Source of the DNA: Candidatus Kaiserbacteria bacterium
GTDB lineage: Bacteria > Patescibacteriota > Minisyncoccia > Phycocordibacterales > UBA2100
Length of the DNA stretch: 34,936 nucleotides
Assembly (NCBI GenBank): GCA_016432285.1
Contig: CP066682.1
Location: 81,026-115,961, forward strand
Direction: 5' to 3'
The notes under the pieces were generated by a model that was not told the DNA's origin, did no database searches, and was given only the letters and a program-made list of their open reading frames with translations. Each line of letters begins with the position of its first letter. Positions within the stretch are counted from its first letter, which is position 1. A program made the position numbers and the translations under genes. Below are positions 8,972 to 15,897 of the stretch, piece by piece.

Positions 8972-10174
8972 CTACTGCTCGGCGACGCGAAGCACCCAGA
9001 ACGATTTGTCGATGGCATTCATAAATGCAATGTATCTGCCCTGCTCGTCGATTTGTACATTCTCCACATCGAGCAGTATATCTCCCGGCCCGTACAAAAG
9101 TTCCGCGCTGCCGCCGCTCACATCAACCCGCCAGAAAGAATCCGCAGTGTGCGCCTGCCCGCGCGCACGAAGGTCGAGGTACAGGGCGCCAGTCGGCCGC
9201 TGCGGTACGCCGCAAAAGGCGATCAATTGTACGCTCGGCGACCAGACGCATTTATCGGCGGTGGTGCGCACGGGCAGCGTTACCTCCGAGGCGGAAGCAT
9301 CAACGCGTGCGGAAAGCGTGAGGCTCGTCTCCGACTCGCCGATGAGTATCGCTGCGGACGAGGCGCGCGGCAGCACCGTAAGCCCCACGCCGCGGGCGAG
9401 CGGCGTGAGCGAGCCTGTCTCGTCGAGCGTGTACGCATATCCTTCCACTCCGCTTCCTGGATTTTGTGCGAGCACGATGCGACCGTCGGAGAGGGAACGC
9501 ACCTGCCAGCCGCTTATGGCAGACGAAAAGACATTCTTCTCCCCTGTGCCGTCCCACTTGGCGCGCACGCCGACGGCACCCGACGCCGTTTCGGTGATGG
9601 CGAAAATTTCCGAACCTGCTGCGTTGAAGGTAATCGCGTGGACGTCGTCGGGGAGGCGGAACCCCACGAACTCCGACGAGCTTGCGGTGATCGTGGCGAC
9701 GCTTGTCTCCACGCGCTCGCCCACGGTCTTCTCTATTATTTTTCCGTCGCGTGAGACGCTCGCTTCGTACACGCGCGGAACGAGCGTATTGCTGACGCGC
9801 GCGAGCGCACCAGTTTCCGGCTCCACGTCAAACACGTATCCGGTGGAGCGCTCTACGAAACGGAGCTTCGTCGTACTCGCGAGAAAGCCGAAACCGGCAG
9901 TCGGCGATTTGTTGATCTGGTAGAGCCGCGGGGGCGTGGTCGTGCCTTTTTCCCGGTCGAACACCGAAGAAATCGTCGAGACGATGTTGTTGTATGTGCT
10001 CCCCACCGCATCTCCAAAGGAGGGCGCACCGACTCCCGCACCCCTTCCCTCAAGCGCAGTGTCGATCTCTTTTTGCTGCGCGCGCAGGAAGTAGAACCAC
10101 GAGGCGAACGCGAGGAGCGTGAGCGCGATCGCCGCGACTCCTATATATATGAACGTGCGTGTCGAGAACTTCAT
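8972..10174 (-). CDS. Membrane-anchored protein with a beta-rich repetitive ectodomain (TolB/beta-propeller-like is a guess), T4SS-like operon
   Basis: Preferred start ATG 10174 (MKFSTRTFIYIGVAAIALTLLAFASWFYFL, a TM anchor), 4 nt after the upstream stop. The remainder is rich in short beta-strand-like repeats. No family recognised. Confidence 0.55.
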   Translation of the reverse strand: MKFSTRTFIYIGVAAIALTLLAFASWFYFLRAQQKEIDTALEGRGAGVGAPSFGDAVGSTYNNIVSTISSVFDREKGTTTPPRLYQINKSPTAGFGFLASTTKLRFVERSTGYVFDVEPETGALARVSNTLVPRVYEASVSRDGKIIEKTVGERVETSVATITASSSEFVGFRLPDDVHAITFNAAGSEIFAITETASGAVGVRAKWDGTGEKNVFSSAISGWQVRSLSDGRIVLAQNPGSGVEGYAYTLDETGSLTPLARGVGLTVLPRASSAAILIGESETSLTLSARVDASASEVTLPVRTTADKCVWSPSVQLIAFCGVPQRPTGALYLDLRARGQAHTADSFWRVDVSGGSAELLYGPGDILLDVENVQIDEQGRYIAFMNAIDKSFWVLRVAEQ

Positions 10175-10178
10175 GGAT

Positions 10179-11207
10179 TTACTCTGAGCCGCCGAACGGA
10201 TCGTTGAAGGTGCCCGCTTCGCCACCCCGGAGCGACACACCCCAGAGGCCGGCAGCGCTCAGGAAGAGGTTTCTGAACGACGAGAGATCGAGATCGATGC
10301 GCGCAAGACCACTCGAATTGGATGCGTCGATCGTGATCTTGTTGCGGAGCTTCGGATCGACGGGGATCTGCTGCCCGTTGACCTTCCACGCATAGTCGAG
10401 CGAGCTTTCGCCCGCCGCAGCGGCATCGGCAAAATACGGCACGGCGACGAAGGTCGTTTGCGTCTCCGCGAGATTCGTCTGCGTACCGAGCGCCTCGTGA
10501 TACAGAACCCCAAAGAGCGGGTGCTCACGATAGAGCGCGAGTATCGGTTCGACTGACGGGAGGCGGAGCACTTTCCGGGCGATGAGCGTACCGTCAGTAC
10601 TGCGCGCCTCGACGGAAATCTGGTCGACGCCAAAGAGGGGCGGCGAGTCGATCACTGCGCGCGCCTTGCCGCGTCCCGACACTGATTTCAGCACGGTGTC
10701 GTTGCGCTTCCATGTGTAGATCGTATCGGCGCTCGGGACGAGCGAGCCGTCGGGACGCGCGAGGCGCGCGATCGCCTGGAGGCGCACCTGCGTCCCCGCA
10801 GAAGGAAGCGCGCGGCCGCGGAAGAAGGGTGGCACGTACGAATCCGATTCCCACAGAAGGTCGATTTCAGTCGGCCGCACGAATGCCATCGCGCTCGCCG
10901 ATGCGCCGCCGTCACTCGCAACGATCTCGATCTGCGTTTCCGATCCGAGCTTTCCTGCCTGTACCGTAATGCTCGTCGTATTGCGCGCGCGCTCGGCTCC
11001 GTCGACGTACCACACGACCTCCGCCGCATCGAGATCGAGCAGCGTCGAATAAGCGGTGATCCGCACACTCTCGCGCGGAGCAGGATACTGCGGGGAAAGC
11101 GAGAGCGAGAGATCGGCCACGTCAAACGCGTTCGGGAGGACGATCTGCGCGTGTGCAGAGCCGGCGTACAAAAAAACCGCGAACGCGAGGAGTGCGGTGC
11201 GTCTCAT
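10179..11207 (-). CDS. Exported protein, unknown family, T4SS-like operon
   Basis: Signal peptide MRRTALLAFAVFLYAGSAHAQ. The ATG overlaps the virB4 stop (ATGA at 11204-11207). Confidence 0.55.
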   Translation of the reverse strand: MRRTALLAFAVFLYAGSAHAQIVLPNAFDVADLSLSLSPQYPAPRESVRITAYSTLLDLDAAEVVWYVDGAERARNTTSITVQAGKLGSETQIEIVASDGGASASAMAFVRPTEIDLLWESDSYVPPFFRGRALPSAGTQVRLQAIARLARPDGSLVPSADTIYTWKRNDTVLKSVSGRGKARAVIDSPPLFGVDQISVEARSTDGTLIARKVLRLPSVEPILALYREHPLFGVLYHEALGTQTNLAETQTTFVAVPYFADAAAAGESSLDYAWKVNGQQIPVDPKLRNKITIDASNSSGLARIDLDLSSFRNLFLSAAGLWGVSLRGGEAGTFNDPFGGSE

Positions 11208-13186
11208 ACCTCCCGCAGCGCGCTGCTGTTGAGGGCGCTCGCACCCACCGGTGCCGTGTCTTCGCCCGGCTTGTGCGAAGCAGCGGTAATCGCAAGGCTC
11301 TCCGCGGTGCCCGGCATCATCGGGTTGGCGGAGGGCCGCGGGATGCCGGCCGGCGTATCTCCCGGAAGCTGGCTCTTATTTTCGAGATCTGCTTTCGCTT
11401 TCTTGATCGCGAGAATCTGCGAAGGGTCGGAGGTGATGATCTGGTCTTCGGTGTACGAGGCGATCACCTTGATCGCGACGTGCTTGAGGCCAGCGAAGAA
11501 GATGCCCTCCCCGACGTCGGATTCGAGCAGTAGATACTTTTCCTCATCGGAGAGCTTAAATGTTTGCTGAACGAGATCGACTGACGTAGGTGATTGCCGC
11601 AGGAGGATCTGGATTGAAGAGTTGGTGATCATCGGAATGCCATAGGGAGAGTTGAGGAAGTCGGAGACGTCCTGCGTGATCGTGGAGATGCCAAGAAAGT
11701 ATTTGCGGCCGCGCTTCGCGATGCCGAAGAGGAACGACGCCGTATCTTCCGAGCGCATCATCCACCACGCCTCGTCGATCACGAGCAGTCGCTTACGGAG
11801 CTCTTTGCGCACCGTGTTCCAGATGTGGTGCGTGATGATGTACATCGCGACCGGCTTCAGGTCGTCTTCCATGTCGCGCACCGAGAAGACCACAAGCTTT
11901 TTGTTCATGTCGACGTTGGTGGGGCGGTTCATGAAGCCCGACCACGTACCCTTGGTGTATTTGCTCAGTCTTTGCACGAGGGACTCTGATCCTTCCATGC
12001 CGGAGAGCACGAGCTCGAAGTCGGAAAGAAGCGGCGGCTCGACCGATGCGAAGTTGGCGTCGGAGGTGATGTCTTTGAGGGCGTAGGTTTCGGTGATCGC
12101 CTTGTCGATGATGGCGTCTTCTTCCGGGGTGAGTCCGCCGAGCATGATGCGGAAGAGCCCGACGAGCGTGATGATGTTGTTGCGGAGCACGTCGGAAGGA
12201 TTTTCGTCCTCGCGCGGAATGGGGAGATCGAACGGATTAATGTGGTGCTCGGAAGAAAGCGAGATGTTGAAGTAGCGTCCGCCCACAGTCTCCGCGAGAT
12301 ATTCGTATTCGCGCTCCGGGTCAATCACGATGACCTCGGTATCGAACATGAGCGAGCGCAGAATCTCCAGCTTGGTCGTGTACGACTTGCCAGCACCAGA
12401 TTTGGCGAAGGTGACGGAGTTGTAGTTTTCGAGAGAGAATCGATCGAAGAGGATCAGCGAGGAGTTGTGACGGTTGATGCCGTAGAGGATGCCGCGATCC
12501 GACGTGAGGTCGAAGGAGATGAAGGGGAAGATTGATGAGAGCGGCGCGGAGTTGAGCTTCGTGTGCACGTCGAGCTCGTCGGTCCCCAGCGGAAGCGTCG
12601 AGCGAAAGCCTTGTTCCTGCTGGAAGAGCGCCGGCCGGATATACACGAGGCGCGACTCGAGAATCGATCTCACCTCGCTCTCTACTTTGTCGATCTCCTC
12701 GCGCGTGTTGCCGTAGATCGTGAGGTAGAGGCCGACTTCGAAGATGCGCTCTTGCGCCTGCTGGAGCGAGTCGCGCAGCTTTTCGAGGTCGGAGTAGGCG
12801 GTGTCGAGCATCGGGTCGCGCACCATACCCTTTTGCTCGCGTGTCGAGATCTGGCTCTGCACCTCCGCCACTTTTTTCTGGAACTTGCGGAGCATCTCGT
12901 TGGTGTCCATGGGGTGCACGAAGATCGAGATGTCGAGCACTTTGTCCATGTTGATGATCGGCGCAAACCAGCCGGTCGTCAGAAAGCGCGGGTACGAGAT
13001 CACGAAGAAGGTGCGCGCGATGCGCTCACCGAGATCGAGCTCGCGCGAGTTGACCTTGAGAGCGTGCGGCGCGATCACATCTTGCAAATCCAGCACGCCG
13101 CCCTCGTAAATCTCTTCCGGGAGTACTGGCAGCACCTCGGCGACCGGCGCCTTCTTGCCAAACGGGAGTAAGTCTTTGAGCGCCAT
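11204..13186 (-). CDS. virB4: VirB4/TrbE/PrgJ-family type IV secretion ATPase
   Basis: 660 aa. Walker A AKSGAGKSYTTK, Walker B RLLVIDEAWWMM and RKYFLGISTITQDVSDF. The N-terminal CagE/TrbE/VirB-type region is FFVISYPRFLTTGWFAPII...DISIFVHPMD. Confidence 0.9.
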   Translation of the reverse strand: MALKDLLPFGKKAPVAEVLPVLPEEIYEGGVLDLQDVIAPHALKVNSRELDLGERIARTFFVISYPRFLTTGWFAPIINMDKVLDISIFVHPMDTNEMLRKFQKKVAEVQSQISTREQKGMVRDPMLDTAYSDLEKLRDSLQQAQERIFEVGLYLTIYGNTREEIDKVESEVRSILESRLVYIRPALFQQEQGFRSTLPLGTDELDVHTKLNSAPLSSIFPFISFDLTSDRGILYGINRHNSSLILFDRFSLENYNSVTFAKSGAGKSYTTKLEILRSLMFDTEVIVIDPEREYEYLAETVGGRYFNISLSSEHHINPFDLPIPREDENPSDVLRNNIITLVGLFRIMLGGLTPEEDAIIDKAITETYALKDITSDANFASVEPPLLSDFELVLSGMEGSESLVQRLSKYTKGTWSGFMNRPTNVDMNKKLVVFSVRDMEDDLKPVAMYIITHHIWNTVRKELRKRLLVIDEAWWMMRSEDTASFLFGIAKRGRKYFLGISTITQDVSDFLNSPYGIPMITNSSIQILLRQSPTSVDLVQQTFKLSDEEKYLLLESDVGEGIFFAGLKHVAIKVIASYTEDQIITSDPSQILAIKKAKADLENKSQLPGDTPAGIPRPSANPMMPGTAESLAITAASHKPGEDTAPVGASALNSSALREV

Positions 13187-13189
13187 ACG

Positions 13190-13864
13190 TTATTGCTGCG
13201 AAAGCGCTTCCACCGGCATGGGCTTCCCCTGCTCGCCGGGGTTGAACATCTTGTACATGAGCTCGATCGCTTCCTCGGTGCCGAGCTGTACGGTGCGCAC
13301 GCCGGTGCGGATGAGGCCCTGCTGCACGATCGAGATGCGCTGCTCGAGCTGGGAGACCTGCTCCTCGAATGTTTTGTTGGCCTCGGCCGCGGTCGCCTTC
13401 TTTCTGTTCCACGGGAGCATTGAAGCGGGGCCGCTTGCTGCGACGGGCGCGAGTGCAGCCGAATACGGAACGACGACGAAAAAGTTTTTAGTCATGATGT
13501 TGGCCGCTTCAGTGAAACTCTTGATGAACTCGATGTATTCGCGGATCTGGATCCGCATGAGGTCGTCGAGCTGCTCCTTATAGGCGGCTTCGAGCGTGGC
13601 GACGTAGGGGCGGATGTCGAGCATGCGTGACTGCACGAAGATTTGCACGGTGAAGTCGAGCGAGTTGAGAAAGTTTTGGAACTGCACGATAAACGCAGTT
13701 TGCTCGTCCTCGGATTTGAGGGCGAAGTTGATCGAGGAAGCGAGCAGGATCGCGCGCATGCTGCCGTCTTTCATGACGACAACACCGTCGCGCACCTCGC
13801 GGATCGGGACGAACTCCTGCGTCGACTTCTTGCGCGTGCGCGCGTTTTGGAGGCGGGGAGGCAT
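13190..13864 (-). CDS. Soluble protein resembling the N-terminal domain of monoderm VirB4 proteins; unknown family
   Basis: 224 aa, stop-start coupled to both neighbours. STQEFVPIREVRDGVVVMKDGSMRAILLASSINFALKSEDEQTAFIVQFQNFLNSLDFTVQIFVQS parallels the entry segment of the adjacent VirB4. No Walker motifs. Confidence 0.5.
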   Translation of the reverse strand: MPPRLQNARTRKKSTQEFVPIREVRDGVVVMKDGSMRAILLASSINFALKSEDEQTAFIVQFQNFLNSLDFTVQIFVQSRMLDIRPYVATLEAAYKEQLDDLMRIQIREYIEFIKSFTEAANIMTKNFFVVVPYSAALAPVAASGPASMLPWNRKKATAAEANKTFEEQVSQLEQRISIVQQGLIRTGVRTVQLGTEEAIELMYKMFNPGEQGKPMPVEALSQQ

Positions 13865-13865
13865 A

Positions 13866-14390
13866 TTAGCTGAAGCGCTGCTGCTGGAGCGAGCGGTGCA
13901 CGAGGGCCTCCTGCGCGGTGCGGATCGGCATGATCACTCCCGCTTCCGCGCGGCGCTCGTTCTCGCTCGCAACTCCCGCCGCGATGCGCTCCTTGATGTC
14001 GAGGCTCCATGCGAGCTCGTGGAGCTTGCTGTCGGAGAGTTTTGGCACGTACACCGAGGCATCGCTCCCCGGCTCGGCGTGCGCGGCCACCGCCTTCTTG
14101 ACGCTTCCCTTCTGCGCGTTGTTCCACAGGTAGAGCTTGGAGCGCAACATATAGAAAAAAGCGTTTTCGAGCGCGACGATAAAGGGCCTACCGTTCCACT
14201 GCATGAAAGCGAGCGCCGCCGCGAGGCCGCCGACGCCCGCGATGAGGGGGCCCGCAAGCACGAGCGGGAGCGCACGCCACAAAAGGTATGCCGCGCCGAC
14301 TCCGCCGATCACGTAGACGAACTGTTTGAAGGTCAGCGGACCGAAAATTTTGTCCTCAACCTCGATGAACTGAGGAACCTGAAACTGCAT
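13866..14390 (-). CDS. prgI: PrgI family (VirB3-like) small membrane protein
   Basis: Preferred start ATG 14390: MQFQVPQFIEVEDKIFGPLTFKQFVYVIGGVGAAYLLW, followed by a second TM. This N-terminal pattern is the PrgI-family signature. Located immediately upstream of the VirB4 module, as in Gram-positive T4SS. Confidence 0.65.
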   Translation of the reverse strand: MQFQVPQFIEVEDKIFGPLTFKQFVYVIGGVGAAYLLWRALPLVLAGPLIAGVGGLAAALAFMQWNGRPFIVALENAFFYMLRSKLYLWNNAQKGSVKKAVAAHAEPGSDASVYVPKLSDSKLHELAWSLDIKERIAAGVASENERRAEAGVIMPIRTAQEALVHRSLQQQRFS

Positions 14391-14397
14391 ACACAAA

Positions 14398-15126
14398 TTA
14401 TATCAGCGCGGGAGCGTCCTCCTTTGCGAAAATTAGCGACTGGCTGCGCATCGGCGTCTCTTGCTCGTTCTTCAGCCAATCAGTAACAAACGATTCGAAG
14501 GACGTATGCGATGACCAGTATCCAGGTAGTGCGTCCATCGATACGATCGCCTTCTCCGGGCGGTCGATACCGAGGTAGTCGGGATAGCTTGACCATCGGA
14601 ATGATTGCAAGAACTCTTTGGCTGCTCGGAGATCACCGATACCCTCGGTTTTCCATGTCGGACGGATGAGCTGCACCGGATTGAGGTGAACGTAGGCTAT
14701 CAGGTAGGCGAGGTAGGTATCGGAATCCGCATGGATCGCCTTGTACTTACCCTGGAAAAGAGCACCCGACCGCTCGTATCTTGTATTGAAGTACATGGTG
14801 TATCCGGTCGAGATTTTTTGCATAAATTTCGCGACATCGCCCTCCTCGCTGCTTCGCACAATAAGATGAAAATGATTCGGCATAAGGGCGTAGGCGCACA
14901 CGTCGACTTTCTTTTCAACTGCTTTTTTCTCCTTATTTAGAGCCAAAAACTGGTACAAGGTCGAACCTTGTAATTTGAGGTCGACTGGCTTGCTGCCGTT
15001 GCAAGCATAGAGCAGCGCAAGAAAGCGCTCGTAATCCTTGGTGGACATGAAAATCGTCCTCTTTTCCGTGCCGCGGTTGTAGATATGGTAGAACTCGCCG
15101 GGCGCGATCTGCTCTCTTCTTCCCAT
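14398..15126 (-). CDS. IS200-like HUH/Y1 transposase (REP-associated tyrosine transposase-like)
   Basis: GEFYHIYNRGTEKRTIF, HUH motif MPNHFHLIV, and catalytic-Tyr region IAYVHLNPVQ. GC is visibly lower (about 50%) than in the flanking operon genes. Confidence 0.8.
   Translation of the reverse strand: MGRREQIAPGEFYHIYNRGTEKRTIFMSTKDYERFLALLYACNGSKPVDLKLQGSTLYQFLALNKEKKAVEKKVDVCAYALMPNHFHLIVRSSEEGDVAKFMQKISTGYTMYFNTRYERSGALFQGKYKAIHADSDTYLAYLIAYVHLNPVQLIRPTWKTEGIGDLRAAKEFLQSFRWSSYPDYLGIDRPEKAIVSMDALPGYWSSHTSFESFVTDWLKNEQETPMRSQSLIFAKEDAPALI
14954..14972. repeat. REP-like hairpin copy 1 (TACAAGGT-CGA-ACCTTGTA), inside the transposase CDS
   Basis: Perfect 8-bp stem with a 3-nt loop. The 25-nt identity CTGGTACAAGGTCGAACCTTGTAAT (14950-14974) is shared with copy 3. 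Looser similarity extends over 14937-14974 vs 15190-15227. Confidence 0.85.
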
Positions 15127-15132
15127 CCACCC

Positions 15133-15138
15133 ATCTTA
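15133..15138 (-). promoter_or_regulatory. -10-like TAAGAT, 6 nt before the transposase ATG 15126, overlapping the foot of hairpin copy 2
   Basis: The reverse strand reads CCTTGTAAGATGGGTGGATG. The first two bases of TAAGAT are the last two of the hairpin. Confidence 0.4.
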
Positions 15139-15155
15139 CAAGGTCGAACCTTGTA
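15137..15155. repeat. REP-like hairpin copy 2
   Basis: The same 19-nt TACAAGGTCGAACCTTGTA, with different flanks (CT..GATTT). Confidence 0.85.
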
Positions 15156-15206
15156 GATTTTGGGAAAATGGCCGCCCTGTGGATAAGCTTTTAAGCCATA
15201 TCCTGG

Positions 15207-15225
15207 TACAAGGTCGAACCTTGTA
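15207..15225. repeat. REP-like hairpin copy 3
   Basis: The same 19-nt core. The 25-nt identity to copy 1 spans 15203-15227. It sits directly after the stop of the 222-aa gene. Confidence 0.85.
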
Positions 15226-15226
15226 A

Positions 15227-15895
15227 TCAGGCGGGGGGTTCGCGGTAAGGGTCGTCGTGAACGTCGGTGCGAGTGGTGGAGGGCTCGCCGTGCTTGTACG
15301 CGCCGGAAGACGGCAGCGGGCGGGCAGCTTTTTCTGTCGGCGCTGGCGCGGGCGGGGTGGCGGGAGCGACCGGGGGCGCAGCCGGAGCCGAATCGAGCTT
15401 CGGGGGCGTGGGCTCGGCTGGGGTTGCGGTGATCGGTGCGGGAGTCGCGGTTGCCGGGGGTGTTGCCGGGGGTGCGGCAGGTACCACGCTTTCTTCGGAG
15501 GCCGAAAGAATCTGCCGCCGCGCCGCCTCCTCGCCGCTTACCTCCTCCGCTTTTGCCTCCGGGTGTTCCAACTGCCGCTCAAGCTCCTCGCGGATTGGCT
15601 CAAATACCTCTTTCGAAATATCGCCAGCGAGCGCGGCAGCCGTTTTTTCGTCGACGCCCACTTCTCGTCCGATATTTGCTTGGAGTTCGTTGATTTCCGA
15701 GAAGCCCAGCAGCGTGAGCATTACCTCGTTTTCGAGTCGCTCCCACTGGTCGAGGTGCAGCTTGTGCGTGTCGGCCATCTTGCGGAGTAAGTTTTCAACG
15801 TCGGCGGACTCGATCGCGTCGCGAACGACTTTCGGAAGCTCCTTGAGTCGCTCCGCTATTTTCTTGTCGAGGTCCTCGTCAAAAATTGGAGTCAT
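15227..15895 (-). CDS. Acidic helical N-domain + Pro/Ala/Thr-rich tail protein, no TM, unknown family (T4SS-like operon)
   Basis: 222 aa, coupled to the upstream stop (15898). The C-terminal half, PAAPPATPPATATPAPITATPAEPTPP...APATPPAPAP, ends in DDPYREPPA. Confidence 0.55.
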   Translation of the reverse strand: MTPIFDEDLDKKIAERLKELPKVVRDAIESADVENLLRKMADTHKLHLDQWERLENEVMLTLLGFSEINELQANIGREVGVDEKTAAALAGDISKEVFEPIREELERQLEHPEAKAEEVSGEEAARRQILSASEESVVPAAPPATPPATATPAPITATPAEPTPPKLDSAPAAPPVAPATPPAPAPTEKAARPLPSSGAYKHGEPSTTRTDVHDDPYREPPA

Positions 15896-15897
15896 AT

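Larger units (their letters stand above)
14398..15227 (-). mobile_element. Y1-transposase unit with associated REP-like hairpins, inserted between two T4SS-operon genes
   Basis: Transposase CDS plus hairpin copies at 14954-14972, 15137-15155 and 15207-15225. Only 7 nt separate its stop from the prgI-like start. The upstream gene's stop codon (comp 15227-15229) abuts hairpin 3. Confidence 0.6.

Noticed and set aside
15137-15155. GGTCGAACC core resembling a tRNA T-arm
   Set aside because: No acceptor, D or anticodon arms can be folded around any of the copies. No tRNA was found by eye anywhere in the window.
15178-15186. Perfect DnaA box TGTGGATAA between hairpin copies 2 and 3. There are also 8/9 matches at about 20915-20923 (AGTGGATAA) and 25714-25722 (CGTGGATAA), all intergenic.
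   Set aside because: These are isolated single boxes with no cluster and no AT-rich DUE nearby. Roughly 0.3 perfect matches are expected by chance in 70 kb of two-strand sequence, and intergenic DNA is AT-enriched. This is not enough to call a second origin or DnaA regulation.
14950-15227. Three identical palindromic repeats considered as a mini-CRISPR array
   Set aside because: There are only three copies, the spacing is irregular (about 164 and 51 nt), one copy is inside a CDS, the repeat is only 19-25 nt, and no cas genes are present. They fit REP/Y1-transposase hairpins instead.
15260-15480. GC-rich, repetitive-looking nucleotide tract (GCCGG/GGGGC motifs)
   Set aside because: It is the coding sequence of the Pro/Ala/Thr-rich tail of the 222-aa protein. 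This is low-complexity coding sequence, not a tandem-repeat element.
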